A DNA stretch of 64,000 nucleotides from the human T2T-CHM13v2.0 reference genome, Homo sapiens. Made by a program: the position numbers and the translations under genes. Below, piece by piece: positions 19,931-31,951 of the stretch. The notes beneath the pieces are model-generated. The model saw only the letters and a program-made list of their open reading frames with translations. It was not told the DNA's origin and did no database searches. The stretch's first letter is position 1; the number at the start of each line of letters is the position of its first letter. Location of the stretch: NCBI RefSeq assembly GCF_009914755.1, contig NC_060940.1; one strand, given 5' to 3'.

Positions 19931-21877
19931 TTATTTTGTGTCAAACATTTGTGATTCATGTCACAGATGGAGAAAGTGCAGACACCTGTGGAGGCATCCA
20001 TGACAGGCTTTGTCTAGGACGAGGGGATAACTAAGGGACTCCCTTGTGGTTTACTTTCTCCAGAGCTTTGGAGATGAACGTCGAGTTCTCAGGTGATGCC
20101 TGAGTCTATGGTAGTGTCTGAGTTTGATCCTTTTTTTTTTTTTCTGCCACAATACAGCACAGAGAAGCAAAATACAAAGAAAGTGCTGTTGCCGTGGGCT
20201 GAGAAGTAGTCAGCTGCATTGAAAACAGACGCTCGGCACCAGGGATGAGCAGTCTCAAGTTTTTCAACTAAGTCAGTGTTTGGCGTATCTATAGTAGTGG
20301 GTGGTATTTCCATCCGTAAATAGACTGAGTGAGAGGCTTACTGTGGTGCATTATTAAGTGAGACGACCAGTCTCAGAAACATTTATACTATCCTGTCATA
20401 GAGACTCTGAGTGTTTTGGGTTGGTAGTGATTGTCAAAGCATGGAGGAAGGCCTGAAAGGTATATACTAGGTTTTTGCCATTGGTTACCATGGGAAAGTG
20501 TTGAGTGGAACAGTAAACAAGGGAAAAAAGCCTTCAGACATTCACACAAAAATTAAAGCATTGTGAAGGGTGTATCATCCCCCTAAAATTATTAGGATGT
20601 GTGTGTGCACCTAGAGAAATAATAGGATGGATATAAAAATGTTAATAGGGTTTATTTCAAGGTATTGGGGTCTTACCATGTTTTTTGCATTTCTTCTTAA
20701 ATGTGTTCTGATGGAGTATTTTGCAATGAGCATTTTTTATTTTTATAATCACAGAAAAAACCCAGTCTTCAGCTCTTCTCGTTGCAAGGAAAGAAAAAAT
20801 ATTCTAGCACATTTAAAGGCACTTAGACTCAAGACCTGAGGTGTAGGGGGTGGGGCAGAAATAGAAAACGTGTAAGAGGCACCTCCCTCTGGTAGAGCTG
20901 GTCAGAAACCAAGTCTGAATCTCAAAGCAGATGGCGAAGAGTCCTTGTGGGCCTTGGGGGCAGGGAAACCTGGGTTCAGATCTTACCAGTGAGTTTTACT
21001 GGCGACCTTGGTCAAACACCGTATTTGTCCAACTCTTCTCCTGTAAAATGTGGAGAATACTGCAGGCTATTGTGCATTTTTCTACTGAATGAAGCATCTT
21101 TCCGCTGAATGACGGATGGATGAATGAATGAGTGGATGCATGCTTGGTTCAAAGAGACATATGTAAAGTCTAAATACTCAACAAATGGCAGTTTTTCCCC
21201 CTTTGTCCTCATGTTCTATTGTCACCCAGTGTACCTGGGGAGTGAGTTCAGCAGGTGGGGTCCTGTCATACCCTGGGTTCTGTGTTCCTTAGTGTAATCT
21301 TACATGGGGGTGGATGTGGAGTTGGTCCAACTGCTTGTCTTTATGCCACAATCTCCTTATCTGTAAAATGAGGGTTGTGTTAGTGCTTTGGAAGGATTCA
21401 AGGAGATTCTATACAGACACTTGACATGATGCCTGGCAAATAATAAATGTTTAGTACAAGTCACAGTTGATAAAAGTATTAAGAGCATTCCCCAGGGTGA
21501 ATGCACAGTAGTCAGTACATGCTTCTGCAAATGGAGAGAAGACTAGAGTTCCTGACACTGAATAGGCACCTGATAGGTGGGTAGCTCCAAACAGCCTAAG
21601 CACAGCCTGTGTCTGTGTTCTGAATTTGTGGACACTGGAACCGATTGGTGCTTATCTGTCTCATGAAAGAATAGTTCTTAAAGGCACTCTGCAGACATGC
21701 CCAAGGTAACACAACCATCTCCCGTGATGATATCTAAACCATGAGAATATATTAACATTTATAAGATGCAAATTGTGCTTTTCTTTACACAAATTCACCA
21801 CCCACCCCTGCCCCCTCCTGTGGGTCCACATTGTCACTTTTTAAATATATATTTTTTTAACATTCTTGTACCTGCAG

Positions 21878-21960
21878 AGAGAACGAGGTGCTCAAAGTCC
21901 AACTGAAGAAATATGTAGGAGCTGTCCAGATGCTGAAAAGAGAAGGTCAAACAGCTGAAG
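21878..21960 (+). CDS. SNX29: Internal coding exon (83 nt; 1 nt + 27 codons + 1 nt) of sorting nexin 29, coiled-coil region upstream of the PX domain
   Basis: Acceptor ttttttaacattcttgtacctgcag|AGAG and donor GAAG|gtgagg. The frame from 21879 reads ENEVLKVQLKKYVGAVQMLKREGQTAE with no stop, matching the SNX29 protein as recalled. Too short for the ORF track. Confidence 0.93.
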
Positions 21961-22329
21961 GTGAGGGGGAGCCTGAGCCCGGGTTGGGAGGGGCCGGGCT
22001 TTTCCATTAACACCTGTACGTGGCACGCAATAGACACTCAATGTGTGACGAGTGCATATGTGGATGGATTAGAATAATGGTGCTGCTCAGCGTTCCAGAA
22101 AATTAATCAGGTGGAAAACCTGATGCGTATCCCTGCAACATGCATAACTAGTATTGTAAGACTCACTTGCTAGACTATTAGCAACAGTCTTATTGGTTTG
22201 TGTACTTAGAGAATTTTATGTCCAGAGTCTTGAGACAGTTGCATGGCAGTGAACCTTGTGGTATGATGAAGTCACAGCAGGCCACGGGTGCAAGCAACAG
22301 AAAGGCAAGATGGCAGAGAATCAGAGCGC

Positions 22330-22520
22330 TGGACTTAGGCTGATCAGGTTCCAATTCCAGCTCTGGTTAAGTTTTCTAATCTCTTTGCACCTCAGTTTTT
22401 TCATCTGTACAATGAGGTTGGTTGACAGCACCTACCTCATGAGGCAATCCATGTAGACGTCTTAGCATAATGCCTACCATAGAATAAATGCTGAATAAAT
22501 TTTAGCTATTATTATTATTA
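22330..22520 (+). mobile_element. MIR SINE
   Basis: ttccagctct...cctcagttttttcatctgtacaatgagg...cacctacctcat...aataaatgct, (att)n tail. Confidence 0.75.
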
Positions 22521-22732
22521 TTAATCAGAAATTCCAGCAGATAGAAGAACAGTCATGAAGATCTTGCCAAATGAGGTGGGGCCATCTGCTGCTTCTAAAA
22601 TCTCCTAAAATATTTCTCAGGGCAGCCTGAAGAAAGGATATTTAACTCTGGCTGATGTGTCTTGCAGCCCTCAGCCAAAAGACCGTAACAAAATTTCCTT
22701 AAAGACAAGCTCATAGAGTGTGGACATTTTAA

Positions 22733-23060
<328 letters not shown>

Positions 23061-25200
23061 CACATGTCTTCAGAGTCAACCAAACCTGCACTGAATTCAT
23101 GCTCACCCACGACCACCTGACCCCTTTGAATTACTTTACTATACGTACCAGGACATCACACCAGTGTCATGAGAGCATTGTGAGGATTTTCCAAAACAAT
23201 GAATTCAGAGTTTCTAGTATGGTACCTGGCATATAATAAATGGTGGTGGTTTTTTTGTGTGATGGAGACAGGATTAGAATCTGGCTATGGCTTATTTAGT
23301 AATAGTATAAAGATGTGAATGTTTTTGAAGCTTGTATATTTCTTTTGGTTACTGTTTGATCAGGATCAGCTTATTGGTGATGCTATTTGATAACATGCCT
23401 TGCTTTATTCATATTTGGGTCAGTAACTGTGGTCATTCTGGAGTTATCAGTGCAGAATTAATCATCTTTCTCTGTGGCCTCATGCCCTTTTCATACAGAT
23501 ATTGCTATTATGGCCCTGAATTCATCTCATTATACAGAATTATTTATATGTTGGTCTCCCAAGTTTTTACATCTCATCTCTGTTTCTCCAGCAACTGGCT
23601 TTTTAGTCATTCACTACATTCATTACATACTTGGAATGAATAGTATTTGTCTAGCCCTTTACAGCCTTTCCAAGCAAGCTCAAATGTACTCTGATTTGAC
23701 TCAGTAACCTTGTGATGAGTAGGTATTTTTCTGTTATTTTAAAGTTTGTTATTAGAGGCTTAGGAGAGCTTAAGGGGCTGGTATATGTGTCTGTGGTGGA
23801 AATGAACTCACGCATTTTTCTCCAAACCTCTGGTTCTTTGCATTATAAAATGCTTTTAACTTTACTGTGCAGAGGAATTGCCTGGGGAGCCCATTAAATA
23901 TACCTCTTTCCAGGACACTGCCGCTGGGAGTTACTCCAGTGGACTTAGGATGAGGCTGTAGATTTGCACGTCTAGATAATGTGACTCTAATGCAGGTGAC
24001 CTGTGGACAGCACCACCACCTTTTGTGAAATCTACAAGTTACTTACACAGAACTTGGATTCAGTACAAAAAGACCATTAAAGTCGGGTTAAAAAGAAGCA
24101 CCACTGGGCTTGCTTTTGATTTGAAAACCTCAGCGCTACACAATGCATTTCTAAGTAGGAAAATTTTGAACCTAATTTGCAGGTTCCATATGCCCATTCT
24201 CCCCAAATGGGCCTATGGAACCTACAGTGTACAGAATGGTTTTTCATAGCAGCTGAAGGTCCATTTCCCCAGACCGATCCTGAGTGCCCTGAGCCACAGC
24301 TGGATATGAGCCATTTCAGGATGTAGTTGCGGCAGCTCTTACATGAATTAGAGCGGTTACGTACGTACGGCGACTCCACCTAGCAGCAGTCTCTTACTTC
24401 TGCATTATTACATTCTTGTGTAAAAAGCCTCCAGGATTTAAACAAAACAACTTAAAATGAACTTTTAGAATAAACATTGACAACCTTTAATTTTACAGGT
24501 ATCAAATTTCAGATTCCCACCCTTTTTTTTTTCTCTCCAAGAGAATCATTATTTAAGCACCAAAATAAGGACTGGAATTTGGGTGGCTTCATTATCTAAT
24601 GGAAAGTTTTTTTTGTTTTATTTTTCTTCCCCGAATGTGGTCCAGAAGTGAGGTTGGGTTATTTGCCTCTCAAGTGCTGTTTTTCCTTGGTGATGTCAGA
24701 TTTGCCGGAAGTTTACACTTTTATTTGCGCTTTTGAATCTCTCACCTCAGGGCAAATTCTTCATGCTCTTCCTCCAGCATTAGAACCCTGGTGCAAGGGC
24801 TGCCATATCTACCAGGAACTTGCCTGGCAATTCCACTTCGTTGTAACTCTTACTGGTCATTTGATTAATTCTGTTGTTAATGGCGTTGGACACCCTTTCT
24901 CCTCGCCACGGAGCCAGTGTAGGGAAGTTTCACTTATGAAAGCAGGAAATCACTTAAAAGAGGAGGCGATCCTCCTCCTCTCCTTTCACTTACGAGAGCA
25001 GGAGATCCCTCTGAAAACTCATGCTTTCATTTTGGGCTTATTGCTGAAATGTGAAACAAGATGTTTGCAAGTTGGCTTCCTGCCTGCAGAGAGGCCCCTT
25101 GGCAGCTCACTGAGGGGTCTGGGGAGAGCAGGTGCATCACTTCAACCTTAGGGTTGTGTGGACAAGACTGGCTCATTAGGAGTGGGCTCACATTAGCCAC

Positions 25201-26060
25201 TGTCAGGTGGACTGGTGGCGTTGGAGGTGACATTTCTGAAGTTGTGTAGCATGGCCCCGCTGTCAGGTGGACTGGTGGCATTGGAGGTGACAGCTCTGAA
25301 GTTGCGTAGCATGGCCCTGCTGTGAGGTGGACTGGTGGCATTGGAGGTGACAGCTCTCAAGTTGTGTAGTGTGGCCCCATTCTCAGGTGGACTGGTGGCA
25401 TTGGAGGTGACAGCTCTGAAGTTGTATATCGTGGCCCCACTCTCAGGTGGACTGGTGGCGTTGGAGGTGACAGCTCTGAAGTTGTATAGCGTGGCCCCAC
25501 TCTCGGGTGGACTGGTGGTATTGGAGGTGACATTTCTGAAGTTGCGTAGTGTGGCCCCACTCTCAGGTGGACTGGTGGTATTGGAGGTGACAGCTCTGAA
25601 GTTGCGTAGTGTGGCCCTGCTGTCAGGTGGACTGGTGGCATTGGAGGTGACAACTCTGAAGTTGTATAGTGTGGCCCTGATGTCAGATGGACTGGTGGCA
25701 TTGGAGGTGACGTCTCTGAAGTTGTGTAGTGAGGCCTTGCTGTCAGGTGGACTGGTGGCATTGGAGGTGACAGCTCTGAAGTTGTGTAGTGTGACCCTGG
25801 TGTCAGGTGGACTGGTGGCATTGGAGGTGACAGCTCTGAAGTTGTGTAGTGTGGCCCTGATGTCAGATGGACTGGTGGCATTGGAGGTGACGTCTCTGAA
25901 GTTGTGTAGTGTGGCCTTGCTGTCAGGTGGACTGGTGGCATTGGAGGTGACGTCTCTGAAGTTGTGTAGTGTGGCCTCGCTGTCAGTTGGACTGGTGGCA
26001 TTGGAGGTGACGTCTCTGAAGTTGTGTAGTGTGGCCTTGCTGTCAGGTGGACTGGTGGTA
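25201..26060. repeat. 60-bp minisatellite/VNTR, 14 full units plus a partial unit
   Basis: Consensus tgtcaggtggactggtggcattggaggtgacagctctgaagttgtgtagtgtggccctgc repeats in register with the 60-nt lines, without indels. Confidence 0.98.
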
Positions 26061-26499
26061 TCATTCTTTGGGTGTGGTCAGTGGCTGCATGTTCAGCTGG
26101 GAGGCTGGCCACTCTGATGTTTCCACAACAGGGTTGTTCTTGTGGAGGTCTTTGCTGTAAAACAACCATCCTAGGCAGTGGGCTTCTCTTGGACTCTTCC
26201 CAGGAGCATTTGCCTGACGTGAGAGCTTGCTCTGTGTACTGAAGAAGAGATTCCCCTGCTAGGATTGGCCACACGTGACTCCAGAGAGACATGGGTCTGT
26301 CCGTGTCACATGGCTTGAGTGACTTCCCCATCCACATGTGGGTAGTGAACATCTGTGTCCTCTGTACTTGCTCCAGTTTTCACTTGACCAGCGTCCTCCC
26401 TCACTGTCAGTCCTGTGATGTCGGTGGCTTCATCCTTGGCCTGGCACCTTACCTGGATGGCTCTGGCTAGATCTCAGGGCGTTAGTACACAATCAACAA

Positions 26500-26770
26500 G
26501 AATTCTTGCTTTCCTGTTAGGCTGGGAGACTGGGGCCGCTGTAGTCAGCTTGTTTCCACATAGAGATTGGGAATGAGGCCATCGCACAGAAAGAGCAGCT
26601 GAGCTGAAAGGCAGAGAGAAAGCGAACTCTGATCCTGTCTTTAGAGCCCCTGAATCCAGCTGTGCCTGGCGTGACAGTCCTACCCTGGACTTTTTGGTAA
26701 TAGGGGCAGTCATTCCGCCAGCCTCCCCTGCTCCTGTTATCAAGCTTGATTAGTTTTCTATAGCTCATGT
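26500..26770 (+). mobile_element. MLT1 (J/K-like) MaLR LTR fragment
   Basis: gaatgaggcca...agagcccctgaatccagctgtgcctg...ccctggacttt. Confidence 0.6.
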
Positions 26771-27237
26771 GTTCTATGGCAAATTATTATGTCTTTCCTG
26801 GATACAGGCCTGTTCGTCCTTGTAAAGGGCGATTATTTCTGTGGAATTGTCTTTCCAAGTACAGTGTCTGCTCCTGTGCTGTAAAGCTTTTCCTCCTACC
26901 TCCCCTCTTACTGGATGCTCCACTGTCATAACTGTTCATGGCCACCATAGCGTAGTCCTGTTCAATAGCAATGGATTTTAAAGCCACGAGCTCTCCTCGG
27001 CATCCCCATTTAATTAATCTGCAGTCAGCCCAGGGAGAGAGGGAGAAGGAATAGACCATTGCTGGTGGCCATCAAAATAATCAGCAGCAAGGGCAGGAGA
27101 CTGAGTGGGAGGAACTTGACAGATGAGGGAGGCTTGGGAGCAATTTAAAAAGTTTGTTCTCAGAAACAAGCAAAAAATTGGGAAGTCATCAGCCTGTCTG
27201 GTGTGTCGTGTCTTTGCTGCTGTGTGATGTGCTCAGG

Positions 27238-27507
27238 GATTCCTGGCTCCACACCCACATGTGCTTCGTGCTCTCACTGGGGTGTCAGTTTCCCTGGGGT
27301 GAGTGCAGCGATTCCCGATTCCACTCCTGCGTGTGCTTTGTGCTCTGGGGTGTTAGTTGCCCTGGGGTGAGCCCAGTGATTCCCAGCTCCACACCCATGT
27401 GCGCTTTGTGCTCTCACTGGGGTGTCAGTTTCCCTGGGATGAGTCCAGCAATCCCCGATTCCACACCTGCGTGTGTTTTGTGCTCTGGCTGGGATGTCAG
27501 TTTCCCC
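27238..27507. repeat. About 70-bp minisatellite, about 4 units in a 72+68 (140-bp) higher-order arrangement
   Basis: Units start at 27238, 27310, 27378 and 27450; core gtgctct(cact)ggggtgtcagtttccctggg. Confidence 0.9.
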
Positions 27508-27636
27508 GGCCTTCCAAAGAATGGGGCAGGGCATTTTCGAAGGCTGATTCAGTGAAGATGGAGAGTCGTGGGCTAAATGATTCCTAGAGCCCACAGTGTT
27601 TCAGGGGAGCTTGCAGGGTAACTTTTTATTCTTTTT

Positions 27637-27672
27637 TTCTGAACCATTGCAGGCTTCTGAACCATTGCAGGC
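27637..27672. repeat. Perfect 18-bp tandem duplication
   Basis: ttctgaaccattgcaggc x2. Confidence 0.9.
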
Positions 27673-27879
27673 ATCCCTATGTGCACGGCCTGCTGTTTCC
27701 ACTCCCACTGTGCACAGAGGCAAAGATGTCTTGTTTGAGGCAGTCTTCGGTTGCAAGGAATAACAATCCACCAAAGCTGGCTCTGTGTGTGTATGTGTCC
27801 CAAGTGGAATAAACATGGAACCTCATAAATCCTGTCACTCTGCTGTTTACCGTTCATGGTTTTCCAGTCCTGACTTTTT

Positions 27880-28385
27880 GATGATGGCCTTCAGTGCTTG
27901 TGATCTGGCTCTTCCCTAAGTTCCAACCTCATCTCCCACCACCCTCCCTCTTGCTGTCTCCACCCCACCCACGCTGGCCTTTAGGCTGATCCTCAAACAT
28001 GCCAGGCTGGCTCCTGCCTCAGGCTCTTTGCACGTGCTGCCCCTATGCAGGGACGCTCTTCCCTGGTCTCTGTGTGGCTGGTTCCACCTTGCCATGCCTG
28101 TCTCCATTCAGATACCACCTCCTCTTGACTGCCCTGTCTTACCTTGTGCTGCCTCCCTCATTCTATCTCCGACTTTTCATCACAGCACTTATCAGGCCCT
28201 CAAGGTATCTTGGTCATTGATTTTCTTGCTTGTTTCTTCCCGGTGTTCCACCTTGCACTGTACAGCCCACAAGAGCAGGGATGTTGGCATGTCTTTTCCC
28301 CTGCTGTGTTGAAAGTGCCTGCACAGTGCTTGATCCATGACACGTGCTCTATAAATGTTTATAACATAAATGAATATAAATAAAA
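27880..28385 (+). mobile_element. L2 3' end
   Basis: cctcaaacatgccagg...cctgcctcaggctctttgcacgtgctg...agtgcctgcacagtgc...ataaatgttt. Confidence 0.75.
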
Positions 28386-28803
28386 TAGGAGCTGTTGGAT
28401 CTCATGGCCTTGAGTTGATTCCAGATCTGTTGCAGCTGTGGAGAGCCTAGTAGTGGACAAATTCATAGACCTTTCTTCTAGTGCCACCCAAATAATGTGC
28501 ATCACCCCCATGTAACTGCATCTTTCAGTTGTGCTTCCAGCTGGATTCTCCTGATCGTGTGTGGTTTTTGCTTTTAGTGACCACGATTATCATGTGACCT
28601 TGACCCTGCCCTGGTTGTGTCATTCAGAGCTCTTGTGATGACAGGAGTCATACAATCTGATTTAATCTGTCTTAAGCCAAATACAAGAGAAGTCCAGGAG
28701 TATCTGCCTTCAGGGATGGTTTGATCCAGGGGCTGCAACAATATCATGGGAAGTTTTTTCTTTCTTTCTTCAGTTTCTCAACTCCAATTTTTTTCATTGC
28801 TGG

Positions 28804-29021
28804 GAGTGATGTGCTGGTAAATGTCTAACAAATAGCTTTCAAAAAAAAAAAAAAAAAAAAGCCCTGATTTAGAATGTTTGCAGATTTCCGTGGTGTTGTA
28901 AATCCTCCTTCTATGTCTGATTTCAGACTCTGCCAACACGATGTCACTGTTTGCAGAGTTGGAAAGAGATGCACGCAGTTAGCTCCCATGAGTCAGTACA
29001 CGGGCGCTCCCATCCCTCACT
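28804..29021. mobile_element. MER63A hAT MITE with expanded internal poly-A
   Basis: agtgatgtgctggtaaatg...(a)20 gccctgattt...atttccgtggtg...cactg; degenerate TSD tgctgg. Confidence 0.8.
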
Positions 29022-29189
29022 GTGTGCTGGCCGCCTTCTCAGCCAGGTGTTCTCCTTGGGCTGGCAAGAGGTTGCCAGCAGCTGTAGCTTTAGTCTTTCT
29101 AGCAGGCCCAGCAGGAGAGGAGCTTCTCTCACTGTCCCGTCTTTCCATCTCTTCACCCCACAGAGCAATGGTTCCTAGTATTGGCTTTT

Positions 29190-29347
29190 AATGGAGTCAC
29201 CTGGGAAATTTTTAAAAATCCCAATGCTTGGCCCCACCCAGACCCAAAAATCAGTAGTGGGAATGAGGTGGTTTTTTTTTTTTTTTTTTTTAAAGCTTCC
29301 CAAATGATTCCAGTGTGCAGGTTGGAGTACAGCGTTTGGAACCACTG
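29190..29347. mobile_element. MER5A hAT-Charlie MITE
   Basis: gagtcacctggga...ggccccacccagacc...aagcttcccaaatgattcc...gaaccactg. Confidence 0.7.
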
Positions 29348-29543
29348 CCTTGGAGGATATCACTTTCCAATTAATGAAGTTCAGGGTCAGCAAATATGCT
29401 ACAAATGTGCTGACACTCTCTGATTCTTGGCCAGTAGCTGACACTGTAAATTAATCAAGGTGCACTTTTCTTCTTGAATCCAGATTTAGCCTCAGAATTT
29501 GTCGCTTCATGTAGGTACCATTGAGTTAAGACCTGGGAGGCTA

Positions 29544-29852
29544 GGCCAAGCGCGGTTGCTCACGCCTGTAATCCCAGCATTTCGGGAGGCCAAGACGGGT
29601 GGATCACCAGAGGTCAGGAGTTCAAAACCAGCCAGACCAACATGGTGAAACCCCATCTCTACTAAAAATACAAAAATTAGCTAGGTGTGGTGGCAGGCGC
29701 CTGTAATCCTAGTTACTTGGGAGGCTGAGGCAGGAGAATTGCTTGAACCTGGGAGGCAGAGGCTGCAGTGAGCCAAGATCGCACCACTTCACTCCGGCCT
29801 AGGTGAAAGAGTGAAACTTTGTCAAAAAATAAAATAAAATAAAAAACAAAAA
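29544..29852 (+). mobile_element. AluS SINE
   Basis: Full dimer, (aaaat)n tail; TSD-like acc(t/a)gggaggct. Confidence 0.9.
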
Positions 29853-30970
29853 CCAGGGAGGCTCAATGGGAGCTGTTCACCACCACTGTGTGAGTTAACC
29901 CAGTGCCTTTACTGTGCCCCAATCCCTGCTCCCGCAAGAATCCGCTGTGGGTGTTAATTGTATTTCATCTCCGTTCCCGACCCTTCCTGTTCCACCGCAG
30001 TGTCTCGCTCTCACTGCTCATCACAGAGCTGCTTTGCTGTTACGTTTGTCTCATGTGCCCCCATCACAAACACTTTACGACCCCACTCTTGGCTCATCCA
30101 GTCTCCTTTCCTAGAAACTCCGCTTCCCTTATGCTTGCTCAGGCCAGATGTTGCATTTGTGGTACGATCCAGCTCTTCTCCTGTCACCTGAAAGAAATCT
30201 AATTACTTGGATCTTTCAGTTTCCTAAACCCCTGTGGTGCTTGCTATGAGCAGTAAGCAGAGTCTGGCATTTGCTTTTTGCTACTATGGGTTATTCTGTG
30301 GTCACGTCTTGTGTGTGTGCTCTGTCTACTCTGCTAGACCTTGTGACCACATAAGGGGTAGGGTCTGGGACTTAGAAACATGCAGGTTTTTTCTTCTTTT
30401 ATTAATCAAGTACACAACAGGTGCTTAATAAAAATTTGTTACTGGGGTCCATCCAAGTGACTTTCAGGAATGATTTCAGAGTCACAGAGATGTTGATGTA
30501 GATGGAAAGAGCATTCCCTGAGAAGGGAAACAAGTTTGGGGAAGCAACATTCCATACCACTTAAGAGCGGGGAGATGATTATCATTCTCCTTTCTGCCCG
30601 AAGTGACCACACCACTCTGCTCACATTCCATGGGTGAGGGCTAGTCATACAGGCCCACCTGGGTGCGGAGGGTCTCGGAAGTGTTCTCTCTGGCCGGGCA
30701 GCTGCTTTGCACAAGAACTCTACCCACTGCAAGTGGGGAGCATTGAGTTTTGGTGGCTGGTCGGCCAGCTCTGCTGTCCCTGCTGGGGCACTCAGAGGTG
30801 TGTGGTCTCCATCTTCTCACTCATTTGTGTGGCTCTTCAGAAACAGCTTACTTTGGGGTTTGTGCTCTTGGAGTCTCAGAAGGAATGCCTGATAGGTTGT
30901 GAGGATCTATGGTAGGAAGGGTGTCCAAGAATGTGCTAGCAACATGTCTCTCAGATATACTGAGTCACTT

Positions 30971-31322
30971 GGCTGGGTGTGGTGGCTCACGCCTATAACC
31001 CCAGCACTTTGGGAGGCTGAGTCAGGATGATTGCTTGAGCCCAGGAGTTCAAGATCAGCCTGGGCAAGAGCCTTCAGGGAGCCATGACTGTGCCACTGCA
31101 CTGTAGTCTGGATGACGGAGCAAGAGGTCGTCTCTGCAAACAGTTAAAAAAAAATTGGCCAGGTGTGCTGGTGCGTGCCTGTAGTCCCAGCTCTTTGGGA
31201 GGCTGAGGTGGGAGGATCACTTGAGCCCAGAAGGTTGAGACTGCACTGAGCCATGATCATGCTACTGCACTCTAGCTTGGGCGGTAGAGTGAGACCATGT
31301 CTCTTTAAAAAAAAAAAAAAAG
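30971..31322 (+). mobile_element. AluJ with an extra internal right-arm segment
   Basis: TSD actgagtcactt (30959-30970 / 31323-31334). Confidence 0.85.
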
Positions 31323-31711
31323 ACTGAGTCACTTGTTACTCGTTTATTTCTCCATTTATGGAGATCCTTGCACTACTAGGTTGCACCTTGGAAATGTACT
31401 TAGCTTTGTTAGGGGCTGGTAGAAGGTCTGTTCTGCACGGGTACATTGTGGTGTCATTTACATTGGAGGCACCAGTTGCGATAGAGGGACCATGTTGTAG
31501 CTGCCTCTTTCTGTAAGGTGCTTTTGGCTTCTCCTGAAAATCTCGGTTTACTAATGGGAAAAAGAGGGCTTTAGATAAATTTAGTTGTTTACTGACAAAT
31601 GGGGCAAGCAGGTATTCCCTGTGAAACTCACGGGTTGCAGGGGGGTAAAGTATAATGTCCTAACTCTGTGACGGTTTGGAGCCTGGAGAGATGATGGGCA
31701 GATTGTGGTAG

Positions 31712-31951
31712 GATGATCTCAGCTCATTGTAACCTCTGCCTCCTGAGTTCAAGCGATTCTCTTACCTTAGCCTCCCAGATAGCTGGGATTACAGGCGTGC
31801 GCCACCATGCCTGGCTCATTTTTGTATTTTTAGTAGAGACGGGGTTTTGCCATGTTGGCCAGACTGGTTTCAAACTCCTGGCCTCAAGTAATCTGCCCAC
31901 CTTGGCCTCCCAAAGTGCTGGGATTACAGGCATGAGCCACTGTGCCTGGCT
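31712..31951 (-). mobile_element. AluS lacking its 3' end and tail
   Basis: Starts abruptly at atgatctcagctc with no poly-T. Confidence 0.88.

Noticed and set aside
21876-21881. Tandem AG acceptors (cAG AG AG)
   Set aside because: Shifts of 2 or 4 nt break the frame; this is not a NAGNAG, and only the first AG has a YAG context.
21878-21960. Assignment to an SNX29 pseudogene copy (SNX29P1/P2)
   Set aside because: Splice sites and frame are intact and, as recalled, those duplicates cover more 5' exons; only an alignment would formally exclude it.
25201-26060. CRISPR-like regular array
   Set aside because: Units are contiguous with no unique spacers, there are no cas genes, and the context is a primate intron.
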